Origin: Ylistrum balloti
Lineage: Eukaryota
Direction of reading: 5' to 3'
Assembly: GCF_031769215.1 (NCBI RefSeq)
Contig: NW_026782356.1
Coordinates: 1,364,001-1,428,000 of the forward strand
DNA length: 64,000 nt
This document shows positions 13,143 to 24,700 of the stretch, piece after piece. Below the pieces are notes generated by a model. It made no database searches and was not told where the DNA came from. It saw only the letters and a list, made by a program, of their open reading frames with translations. Position numbers and translations under genes: made by a program. Within the stretch, counting starts at the first letter, position 1, and each line of letters starts with the position of its first letter.

Positions 13143-15152
13143 ACGTCTGCATTCTGATTATATGATGTGTAAGTCTGCATTCTGATTATATGACGTATTT
13201 ATATATCTTTATATAAGCACACAGTGGTATATAAACTGTTCAAACACAAGACTGTTTATATACAGTATCTCAATGTTATTGGGTAAATGACTGTTAATAT
13301 TGTGTTGATTCCTTTGCCTACCGATTATCATTTCCTCTACTTCCAACAATTATGAAGTTACATTTCAAACAATGTTGAAAAATACACACACGCTCTCATT
13401 TGCACGTAGCAATTCCGTTAAATAGAATATATACATATACAGCACACGCAACAACACACTGTCATAATAACTGTACAATTACAGGAAATCATTCGGAAAG
13501 GATTCTTAATCTTCCGTAACCAAATTCATTTCATGTGTCTGTGGTATAATGGACAATCACAGCTAATAAGTGTTAAGTTGTTAATAGGTTTTACTATCTT
13601 TCTTCTCCCGGCATGCTCTATATCAAACAATAATTAGTAACATTGCCGCGATCGTATGAAGAAGTTTGACCGTTCTGTGATATTATCATCTGTTTTCAAA
13701 ACTGCGGTGATGGCGCCAGGTCCACTGTAAACATTGTTTGCTCTACGCGCACGTACGAAGAAAAGTAGCGACTATATGAACAATAGTAACTGAAGCGTAA
13801 AACCTAGTCAGTTTCGCGCTTAACCACATAGCACATTTGCGTTTGCGATCATCTACACCACAGATACCTGCACAAGATAATCCCGAAGTATCGCAAAAGT
13901 CACAAGAAGGCAGCTGGCACAGAGGGTAACATCTGCCAGCTTCGCGGTCCTGCGATGGGTCGTCACAGAGAGGCACAACACAGCAAACGAACTCCATTTC
14001 GTAATAGCAGCATGGCCTAACTATTTGCCTGCACGTCGACTTTCTGGTGTATCCACTCAAGAATCCAAAAAATGTTGAGTATAACTTTCGAAGACCTTTA
14101 CCATTAATGTCGAGAGTGAAATCACATCCGCACGTGAAAGTGACGAAGATGAGGCAGATTGCTTGAGGAATTTCTTCAAATGCGTACGAGAAAACGACTT
14201 CATTGAAACCGTGAAGTAATCGAAATCCTTTGTACTTTGTTGTCACCTCTGGAATAGTTTCTCCAACAATATCCGCAAGTTGTATCAAAGCTAAAATGGT
14301 TCCAAGAATCGTAAACGCTAGGTAATAGTTTCTTGGTGCGTCACAGTTGTCTAGTATTTCATCTCCTGATATTGACTTTTTTTTACGGTATAAAGAAAAA
14401 AAGTTTTCAGTCGCCTCTATGGCGCTAGATACATTTTCAGGTAAATTATCAGTAAATTCCAACCAATCCAAAACAGTATCGGCGATAATCAGACCGGCCG
14501 ACAACAGGCGTTTTAACACTAGTAGGCATCGAGAAGCAGGGTCCTTCAGAACTGCAATGCTGGGATCGGTTGATTCATCAGTGTTAACTCTGGTCATTGC
14601 CTGTGGTGGTGGCTGGACGACATACGCCGGATTGTTACCGTTATAATAATACTGCGGACGGTTGGTGGGCGTTTGATGCCATTGGTTATATTGCTGGCCA
14701 GGAAATCCCTGAGGACTCGGGTATGTTTGATTCCCTGGGAATATATAGTGTATTTGTTGTGCATTGCCTATTTCCTGAATTCCTGTAGGATTCTGAATGA
14801 TTTGGTGCTGCACTGGGCACGCCGCACGACTTTCACCACCGACACCGTCGTCGCTATATGTCTGGTTATAAGGAGTGCCCGGACTCGGAGAACCCATTTT
14901 CCATCCAGCAACCTCATGTTCGAAAAACCTTCTGCCGCGCTGTCGCTCCGGCGGAAATGGTCGGCACGCTTCTTCATTTCGATACATATGATCTTCAACA
15001 ACGGAATTATTCCTGGTAAAACTAGTTTCACGAATTCCATATCTCCGATTCCCAAGATTGTCATCTGCACTGTTTTCATCAATATTGTCTGATCCATGCT
15101 TTCTCTTAGTACTTTGATTTTTGTTGTTGTTTCGAGATGGCATCTTTATCAT
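10809..15152 (-). CDS. Uncharacterised XK-related-like multipass membrane protein (~502 aa) with a low-complexity RHIM-like N-terminus and Cys-rich C-terminus; 2 coding exons
   Basis: ORF 15152-13743 (469 aa) has about 5 hydrophobic segments, with ADTVLDW and FEEIPQ motifs reminiscent of XK-family D..DW and E..PQ motifs. A phase-1 donor (C|gtacgt after 13757) matches a phase-1 acceptor (catttag| before 10921), adding QCGRDVPVDYFPRSVTCNCFRCDHICTQCLGCRTYRD* (exon 10921-10809); 1396+113=1509 nt in frame. Probable 5' UTR intron 15172-15467 (CAG|gtaacc ... ctacatag|). Confidence 0.8.
11650..12195 (-). mobile_element. Decayed 3' end of a CR1/L2-group LINE ORF2, inside the intron of the XK-like gene
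   Basis: Minus-strand remnants SFIPSTLHSWNLLD..VRSLP.INLFK and downstream H.RL..C / HFF-type / LLFG / ..KRF* segments, interrupted by stops and frameshifts; this is the typical post-RT C-terminus of these LINEs. Confidence 0.75.
12215..12600. mobile_element. MITE-like element with internal palindromic ctgcccgggcag repeats
   Basis: Several imperfect copies of atctgcccgggcaga in both orientations (e.g. aattaaatctgtccgagcagat ~12369 vs ctgcccgggcagatttaaatt ~12543). Ends are not well defined. Confidence 0.45.
13099..13138. repeat. (AT)n microsatellite
   Basis: About 20 uninterrupted AT units. Confidence 0.95.
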
Positions 15153-15341
15153 CTATCCACGGCGTATGTTTCTATGTAGAGGTACGGAAATATATGTAAC
15201 TAAAACATCTACCAGTGATTTTTATAGCATACCCCTGTTTCTTATCAGAACAATTTTAGGTCAGGGTCTTATATAAAACATGGTTAAGTGGTGTTCCGTT
15301 GAACTAAAGTGAATAATACTGTTAGATAACAGAACAAGAAA

Positions 15342-15350
<9 letters not shown>

Positions 15351-15378
<28 letters not shown>
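15351..15378. repeat. (TA)n microsatellite after a poly-A run
   Basis: Directly visible. Confidence 0.9.
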
Positions 15379-15382
<4 letters not shown>

Positions 15383-15467
15383 TAACACAATCTTATTTCA
15401 AACTAAGATTCGAAGAAATCAAGGAAAATATGATCAAAGTAGTGTCAGATGAAAAAGACCGGGTTAC

Positions 15468-15685
15468 CTGGTGCCTGGAATAGTAGGCGTCTTCTACTTT
15501 ATCAACAACACTCGAAATGTAAATCTTTGTTAATCCATGTAATAATGTCACGTTCCTAAATAAGGGTAAGGTAAACAGCAAAGGAAACGCCAGGCGTATT
15601 AATGAGCATCAAATACGTCTGACGTCATATCACACTTAGTGAGATATGTTGACTGCAAATCTTAACTGTAGACGTCATCAAATTG
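15468..15685 (-). promoter_or_regulatory. Putative non-coding first exon and promoter of the XK-like gene, with CRE sites
   Basis: Perfect palindromic TGACGTCA at 15620-15627 and a second GACGTCA near 15670, just upstream of a candidate 5' UTR exon ending at donor 15468|15467. Confidence 0.4.
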
Positions 15686-16539
15686 CCTCTCGTGAAACCA
15701 TGTGTTTTGTGTTTGATAGTTGCCGACATCTTACAAGAAAAACATGATATTGAAAACAAGCCCCGAAAATATCGAATTGGCTAGGGATTCGTATTTACTA
15801 AGGGTATATGCAATAGACATGGTAGATTAAGCTCGTCATCAGTATACCACAAAGTGAAATTAAATCACTTCAGAAGATCTTTGAAATGTGTTTTGATATG
15901 CTTGATGAAGAAAAGAAAAGTCTTGTGCTTTGTATTTATTTGAGATTTCAAATTGCTTGTCCTTTTCAGAATGGAGCATCGAATAGATAAAACCCAATTT
16001 CTAAAACAGACTATACCCACTCGGAAAGTGTTTCACGTCATAGTCATCATAGAATCCGTAAACATGTATGTATCTTGAAATTCACATTCCGCTCAATACG
16101 GGTTTTTATAAACCATTCAGTATAAAATAATGCAAATTGATTATGAAATTCACTTTAAACATCAAAACGTCTTTGTCCACTACCATCTATATCTTAACGC
16201 AAGAATTGCGATTTCTACCTGAGTTCCAGGGTCAACTTAGTTTTCATTACCAACCAATGTTCACACAAATTGTCTTCAGCTGTTGCCTTTTTAATTTCAG
16301 CTTTTAGATATCCGCAATTATCCGCTTTACTTTCGCCAGTAAAACCTCAAAATTCGACAGTATAATTACGATATTGTAAAACATCTCAAATTGATAGGAA
16401 TTCAGGAACAACAGTGAAGTACCAATATATGAGGACGATCATAATCCAAACAAAAATTCAATAAAAATGAAGCAAAATGTGAACAAGGAGACATCTGAAA
16501 AAATACCATGAGAATAAGATCAGGTGTTCTGAAAGAGTA

Positions 16540-16790
16540 AGCATAACGAACATCAAACACTTCCAGCCTCATATCACACAAAGAAATAACATATTTCTCA
16601 ATCTGATCACTATGCAACTTCGCTATTATTTCCTCAAACTGCATCATTTCAAAATTTAACGAATCAATTGAGAAATGTAAACACCACAGGATAGGGATGC
16701 AGGCATGTTGCTTTTAATAAAATAAAAATTCACAATAGAGTAATTGAAATATTCATGCTTGCCATACAGCTCTGTGGAAAGATGTATTAT
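16540..16790 (-). mobile_element. Decayed Penelope-like retroelement RT C-terminal fragment
   Basis: Minus translation LSTELYGKHEYFNYSIVNFYFIKSNMPASLSCGVYISQLIR* resembles the PLE motif LYDKRDDFNFxIVNFPFLxSNIPxSPAYGVYISQLIR. Confidence 0.75.
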
Positions 16791-17562
16791 GTAGGTTTCG
16801 TTATAGGAAAATATCTAGATAGCCGGTTGATGGAGAAAACAAAACCATACATGTAGGACAAAGTTTACATGTATCACTCATGTGACTGGTGTAATGTCTT
16901 GACATCATGTGCAACTTACCTGGAAACTATGATTGTAAAGATAATTGTGTACCTCTTAACCGAAACCACCGTTACTTCAATACGAGTTCAAGGTGATCTA
17001 CCTTGAATATATATTGAGGTCAATCTGTAACAGTTATCTTTCTTTATGTAACATTAGCGTTAGTTTCAGCAATGCCTCTCTCGGTTACATTGCTGGCTTG
17101 CGTAACCTCGTGTGAAGTAACGTGGCAATGTCCTTGATTACAAATCGTGTATTATAACACAAGTGTAGGCTAATCTGTCGTACGTAATCTTTCAGTATGG
17201 TTTACACGTATTAAATACATTGTGGGAAATAAAGAAATAAACTTTCATAAATTTGACCGTTGCCTCATTCCTATTGTTTAGAAATATAGAGAAAAGATTT
17301 ATTTACTGAAAATCTTGCTCTTCTTCGATTACGTTACAATGATGTTTTCGTTACAATATTTTCTTCGTGTTGTGAACAAATTCATTACCACGGGATATTC
17401 ATTTGAGACGTTTATATCTAAATGTACAATATATCATTCATTAAAGTAAATGAACACTTAATTAAAAAATGAACATCAAGTTACAAGAAACGTGTACGTA
17501 TGCTATCTCGTTTGACACATCCCATCCTCGCGATCGGTACTCCAAGGGGTACGATCACTGCA

Positions 17563-17840
17563 CCCTTGGAATATGTCATGGCAAAACGGAAAGCACACGA
17601 GAAGTCACTAGATTGGTTCCAGGAGAAAAAAAGATGTGCTTTTGAAACCTCCGGTTGCAAGAAAATTAAAAACAATATAGACCTATCTAGATATTTAGAT
17701 GATTAGAAAGCCATTGCAATGTACATTGTACTGTTATGCGACCTCGAGATTCATTTGAAGTCCACCACAGGGTTAAGCAAGTCTTGTCTCATTCACAAGG
17801 TGTCACACATGGAACCTTTAATTTTGCCATGACATCTAGA
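17563..17840. mobile_element. MITE copy (family shared with 17895-18125 and 34089-34341)
   Basis: Terminal tgtcatggcaaaacggaaag ... cctttaattttgccatgaca; interior similar to the 34.1-kb copy. Confidence 0.7.
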
Positions 17841-17894
17841 AACCCATTGAGTATCCAAGATATCAAGGGCTAAACTCAAAGGTCCGATGAAAGG

Positions 17895-18125
17895 CTGGCA
17901 GGCACTGAAAGCACAAGTGAAGTAATTTGATTGGTTCCAAGGAAAAAAAACGACCAATCACAGGCTGATACGCTCCTTTTTTGGATTACATGAGTGACAC
18001 CCAGTGACATCAAAGTCATTACAATATACCGTTATATGACCTCAAGATTCGTTTGATTTAAGACATTGAATCGTTTCAGTCTTTTCCTGTCGCACACGGA
18101 ACCTTCTATATTGCCATGGCATGTC
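17895..18125. mobile_element. Second, adjacent MITE copy of the same family with a degraded left end
   Basis: Shares gaagtaatttgattggttc, ccaatcacaggctgatacgctcctttt and acaatataccgttat with the 34.1-kb copy; ends ccttctatattgccatggca. Confidence 0.65.
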
Positions 18126-18741
18126 GCCACCCTGACAAGTTCAACAATGCAATTCAACAGGTAGCTAGGGGTACCCAAAATAGAACGCCTCAACAAACTT
18201 TTTTTCTGTTCATTTATAGAAATTATATAAGTTTGAAAATTTCTTTTCATTTTATTAAAATTCACTTACTGTCTCGTCATCATGGTAACTTTTCTGTCAA
18301 AAATATTAATTTCAGCAATATTTTTTCATTACTAAATGGTAGAATATTTCTGTTGTCGCATGACATCATTTCCATGGATTTTTGAAAAATAATATCATTT
18401 TTAAAACTTTAACTTTTAAAATGATAAACAACATAGAAGACATGGAATGAAACGAAATGCAAAAATAATTCATAAATACCATATTTCTTGTTTAGAATAG
18501 TTAAGCGTGTGGGGAAGCGTTGTCCATATAACAAATTGTAAAATATATCAAAACAACTCGTAGTCGCATTTAGGCAGTGCCAGTTTCATGATATGTATTG
18601 TTATGAATCTTATTTTAAAGAAAACAGACTATGAATTAGAAATTAGGAAATCTCAACCTCAACAGGCAAGAAATGTGTCCTCTATAAATCGTCCAATCAG
18701 AATCCAGCACTTTTTTTCTCCGTATTTGCCTTTTGAGGCAC

Positions 18742-21700
18742 ATGACTTCCGATGTCAACATGGACTCGGACCGGACGATCCTCAACCTAGTACGGATGAT
18801 GACACTGATAAGCTTATCGGCACCTGTGCTATCAGATGTACAACCATGTGTAAAGAAGGGACCTTGCTCATGTGCAACACCAGCGTTCACTGTAGATCTA
18901 AAGCCTTTGTCGACACGGCCTCAAAGGTATACGCGATGTGAGGAAATAAACAGAAAGTGTAACGTTTTAAGCTAAAACACATTTTCCGGGTATACAAAAA
19001 TGTATCATTTGATTGTACTGTTAACAATAGGATGATTAGTGTTACGTTGTTTATACGAAGTTGGTAGGATTTTCTCGGTAAGTCTTAATTTGTCGAACAG
19101 TCACGGCCCGAAGCGTTCTGGTTTTTGCCCCGACCCAAGTTGGTAGCTATTCTTGGGTTCAAATGGTAAATACTGAAATTGGGAATTGAATCCGGAATAT
19201 CCAAACTTTTGAGACCAGATGGAGAGTATAATTAATACAATTTCTTTGCTTAATGAGTTTGTAAAGTATAATTTAATTTTCTTGTATTTTATTCTTCATT
19301 TTCATTATTTATCGTTTTAACAAATACATGTACATGCATCACATATCACAATGACTTGAGTGTCAAATATGATAACATTTAAAAGTGAGCTTGTTGACTT
19401 CAGGATGTACTCTTCTGAGATGTAAAAAGAAAGAAAAAAAAACAGGATAACACTTTTGTTCTGCTTACGATTTTTTTTAATAAGAAAGATTTTAGAAAGT
19501 AATTTAAAGGCAAAAAACAATATGTTGCTGCACTTCTTTTTCCAATTCAGATGGTAAATTAAGTGTAAGGGGAAACATCATTTACACATTTTATTCTTAA
19601 TTTTTCCAAGATAAAAGAGATTTGTAATTTCAACAAAATAATATGAAAATGCAAAACTTTCATTTGGTTTACAAAGTCTAAAATTGCATAGCAACCAAAA
19701 AACGAATATTATGAGAACACCCTTTAACCCTTTATTTGATCATTTACTAATATTTAACTTTTGAATACTTTTTGTCTGCAAAATTGTCACAAAAGTCACA
19801 TGTGAATAATGGAAGGGATGCACTATTATACACGCATGTCTCTGATTATTTACATGTATGATGGCATCCGAAATCCCCAGACAGGTATGTGTCCTGGTTA
19901 CAGAATGTTGAAAAAAATTGTTGTAAGCACTGTGATTATGGGTCCACCACCAGTGTATGTATGGCCCTGTTAGGACATAAAATTTTGTAGTATATTGTTT
20001 TACCAGTCAGGTCCAGAAGATGATATACAAAATATTAAGGATTCCAAATATGGTATGGTTTATTGTTAACAGGAAGGGTCATTTAAGGACATGAGTGGTG
20101 GAGGAAAGCCACAATTCTGAGAGAACCTGATGACTGCCCCAGATGGGCCATGAACCTGCAGTCCAGAGGCGGAGGGCTAGTGAAAAAGACATTCAGAAGC
20201 CTTAATCACTTTGCCACAATGACTCCCATATAAGAAAAAGTCATATTGTAGATTTTCAACATTTTTCCAGGATCCATAGGAATTTATAGGAAAAGCAGGA
20301 GTCCAGGACTCCCAAGTTCAAAATCTTACTGACGAACTAATAGTACTGTACATATGTATACATTAAACATTATAAGTAATATTCACTGTTTTTAATTGAA
20401 GGTTGTTGCAAGCTAATGATGCTAACTACACCTATATCTACAGTCCTTGTATAGCCACTGGTGAGCCATGTGGAGATGGTTCATTTACAGACATAGCTGT
20501 AAGTAGAGGAAGAAGTATCAAAAGATCATGTTAGTAAAGCAACTATAAAATCATAAATAGGTGTTTTTTGGGAGGCTTTAAAAATTTTTTTTTTTTATGT
20601 TGCTTTGTTTTTTTTTTCTCAAAAATGTATTCAGATGTTATGGATAAATTTTGCTTTTGAAATCCCTAATGTCAATTTTGTGGGCATATAAATTCTATGA
20701 TTAACAATACCCATCAAGAAAAACTGAGGATTTTTAAGACTTTATATTTTCAAAAGTATGAACAAGGATAAAAAATACATGGAAGTACCATGTATAAAGA
20801 AAGGTGGAAGTACTAGGCACCAGTTTCACAAATCATCCTTAACTTGAGAGATTTTTCTTAACTTAAGGTTGCCCTTAGGAAATCATTAAACAAGTTAAGG
20901 AAATTCCCTTAAATTTAAGTTTTTTCCTTAACCTATGAAATTATTTTCTTTAAGATTATCTTTGTTATTGAAGATTCATGAAATTGTGGCCATGGATATA
21001 GAGCATTTTGTTATTACACCCCTTATCAGCTGCACCTGAGTCCTGATATCAATGAGAGGTCCGAAGGCAAGATGGCTAATCAGGGACTGGATGGTCATAT
21101 GATCATTTTATATCATATATTTTTTTTCTTTATAATAAACAAACCATACAAAACAATCCCCTTTTGAATAAATGAATGAATTAACATTATAACAACAATG
21201 ATACACTATTTACTGATGTTCATAGATATGAGAACGCAATTATGTGTAAAAAAGACAGTAGCAATTGGGCCTTGTAAAAAGTTTACATACATGCAAGAAA
21301 TTTAACAAGCAATCATTGGCTCATCAATATAAGTCCTACTGGTCAGCTGCAGGTTTATCACAAGGGAAACAAACCTGGAAAAGGCACTATTCTGAAATTT
21401 GAATGGGTTTATAAATTATTTTCTTAGGATAAAAAGTGCATTTCTTACAGGCAAACATTATTTATGTTCAAATCAGACAGTAATAAGCCAAAATGGCAAA
21501 ATATGAAAATTTGAGAGGTGGTGTGATCACCTTCCAGGGATGTGATATCACTTTCAAAGGGGTGTGATATTACTTTATGGGATATGATGTCACCTGGGCT
21601 GATATCAACTTGTGGAAATTTCAGACTCACATACAAAAACAATTTTATCAATAGTAAACATATGATAAACAAAGATACAACTCCTGAGAAGAATTTTATC

Positions 21701-24700
21701 CAAAATACTGTTGATCCAATTTGTCTACTTTTCAGGCAGTCACTTCAAATATAGCATAAACATTTTAGAATAGAGTGCCTATCACTCTCAATTGTGCATG
21801 AGCCATAATAATAGGCAACTGAGAAGCAATCAACAGGATGCTATTTGCCTTTGATTTTGGTTCCAGCTGAACATCAAATCCCTTGTAAGAAGTATGAAGT
21901 CTGAGTGGTTAAAATTTGTAATATCTTAACCTGTTAATTTGAATGCAAAATTGTATGTTTCCTCACGTCTTTTATTGCAACATGTATCAGAATGTGATAT
22001 GTGCTCTACCATACAGACCCTTATCTGTCAGTAATACATCTTCACTTTCCTTTTTAGATAAAAAGATGAAAGAAAAAATGTTTTATCGACAAATTGTTTC
22101 TACAGATGTGCCAAATAAGAAAAGGCTCCCCATCAGCAAATTGGGTTGTGGGTACTCAGGCATCTGCCAAGTTCACAGGTAGTCCTGATGATGGATCTCT
22201 ACAGATTGAGTATACAGCATTTAGCCAAGACATAACAAGGTACAGTCTTTACATTGTGGGTATTGTGTCTACTGTAGAGTTGATATATTAGTGGTTGATT
22301 CAGCTTCGCTACATTCACAGTCAAACAGAAATGTCAGATATCCAGCAAACTTTTTTTAAAGAGATTCAGAATTTCATAAATATCTTATAATACGTGTAAA
22401 CATGGATACCAGCTGATAGATATGCCGGAGTGTTTTGACCACAGAAGCATCCATATAGGATGAGGAATCTGTTTTATAGAGATGGAAGGGGCCTGATGGG
22501 CAAGGCACAATGGGAGATATTCAACAAGTTCTTTGAAATCCTTCTTCTAGGAATGAGGATTTTGTTCACATTAGTTCAGGAGCATCTGTTCATTAAGGGG
22601 ACTAAATTCTGAATCTGTTGTGGACAATCAATAGGAAACACTTCATACCCAAATTAGTTTACAAGAATCCTTTTGGGAAGGGAAATCAAACAGTATAAAT
22701 GGAGGGTGTGGGACCAGTCAGCAGCAAGAACCAATACGAAATACATATATGAATAGCAAATTCCTTGAAATGTTCCTTCTTCTGTGGGAATAACATGCTT
22801 TTATCAAAATTTGGTCTGAGACTCAATTCTGTGTAATTTTTGGTTCTGACACCCCAGAGGCACAAGAGCGGAGCAAGTTAGAAGATATAGAGGAACACCT
22901 TTAAAATACTTCTTTTATTGGAATATAGGTAATTTAGCTGAATTTGGTCACAAAGATCCTTAGACAGTTAGTTTGAAAAAGGGAACCAATTTTGTTTAAA
23001 CAATTGGTCTTAGACACAGGGGCCTGAGAGGCTTAAACCAAAATGAAAACAATTTCTTTAAAATGTTCTTCTTCTGTAGAAATGGCAGGATTATATCCAA
23101 ATTTGGTTTGAGGCATCCTTAGGTGAAGCATACTGTGAACCATGATCACTCCTGACTAATAGTTTGTAGTGTTACAATGTGATATAACTATTGGTGGGAC
23201 TGATCAATCAGGAATTTCTAGGAAATGCAAAAGGGATGAATCGGAACTGATATATGGTTAGATAAGACAGAATGTTTTCAAAGGTGATTTTAATAGACAC
23301 ATATTATTGAACAATATCCTTCCATGTATGTATTTATCTTATAGGACCGGTCAAGTATCTGTTGTTTGCTCTGATGAAGAGGCTAGTTTTTCACATCTTG
23401 GAACAGGTGTTACTGTTTATGTAAGTATGAATAAATATATGTGTTATATGTTGAAAACTCTCCCTGAAAATTCTATGTTATATGTTACTGACAGTCTCAG
23501 AGGGAACATTACTGTAACCCCTGATACTAACTCTATGTTATATGTTACTGACAGTCTCTGAGGGAACATTACCGTAACCAGTGATACTAACTCTATGTTA
23601 TATGTTACTGACAGTCTCTAAGGGAACATTACTGTAACCCCTGATACTAACTCTATGTTATATGTTACTGACAGTGTCTGAGGGAACATAACTGGAACCC
23701 TTGATGATAACTCTATGTTATATTTTACTGACAGTGTCTGAGGGAACATAACTGTAACCCCTGATACTAACTCTATGTTATATGTTACTGACAGTGTCTG
23801 AGGGAACATAACTGGAACCCTTGATGATAACTCTATGTTATATTTTACTGTCAGTCTCTGAGGGAACATTACTGTAACCTCTGATGATAATTCAAAAATT
23901 TCCGCATTTCAGAGAATAGCGGAAATTTGCTATCCTATAGTTTCGGTCACGTACATATGTACGCAAGGCGTGCAAGGCAGTGTATAGTATCTGACCAATC
24001 AGGAGACTGATTGGCGTGCCTCATGGAGTACTAGGGTACCGACGCGCACGTGAGGGGTATATCGGGTATTCATTCTAGCCGCGGACTTTCAAAGCGTTGA
24101 CTGCTATAGTTTCAGGGTTCGGGTGAAAACGTATACAATGCACTTATATATAGTATAGAATATATAATTTATATATTTTCGCTTTATTGTCCGCTTGGCT
24201 CACATGCATATGGTGGTTGTGTTTTTATGGGAGTAAGATAGCATAGTAGTATATAAAGGATCTCTATGTTATATGTTACTGACAGTCCTGAGGGAACATT
24301 ACTGTAACCCCTGATACTAACTCTATATTATATGTTACTGACAGTCCTGAGGGAACATTACTGTAACCTCTGATGATAACTCTATGTTATATGTTACTGA
24401 CAGTCTCTGAGGGAACATCACTGTAACCTCTGATACTAACTCTATATTATATGTTACTGACAGTCCTGAGGGAACATTACTATAACCCCTGACGAAAAAT
24501 CGATGTTTTGTGTTGGTAACAACCTCCAATGGTATTTCATAATGCCTTCAATAAATTTAGATCAGAAGAAAATGAAGAGAGGGGGAGGGTATATATTCGA
24601 GTGTACATGCTCACATGTTATTGATTCATTTTTCAGAAATTCCAGCTGAAAACTAAATATGCATGTAAACCCAATACTGGGCTAAGTGTAGGTTCTGTCC

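Noticed and set aside
13743-13756. ORF-track stop taken as the only C-terminus of the XK-like protein
   Set aside because: A phase-matched donor and downstream Cys-rich exon give a better model; kept only as a possible isoform.
14347-15097. Overlapping 99-, 63-, 139- and 109-aa ORFs
   Set aside because: Shadow frames of the real 469-codon exon.
19503-19726. Kolobok-like element bounded by TTAA-AGG...CCT-TTAA
   Set aside because: The inverted match is only ~3 bp beyond TTAA, which is not distinguishable from chance in AT-rich DNA.
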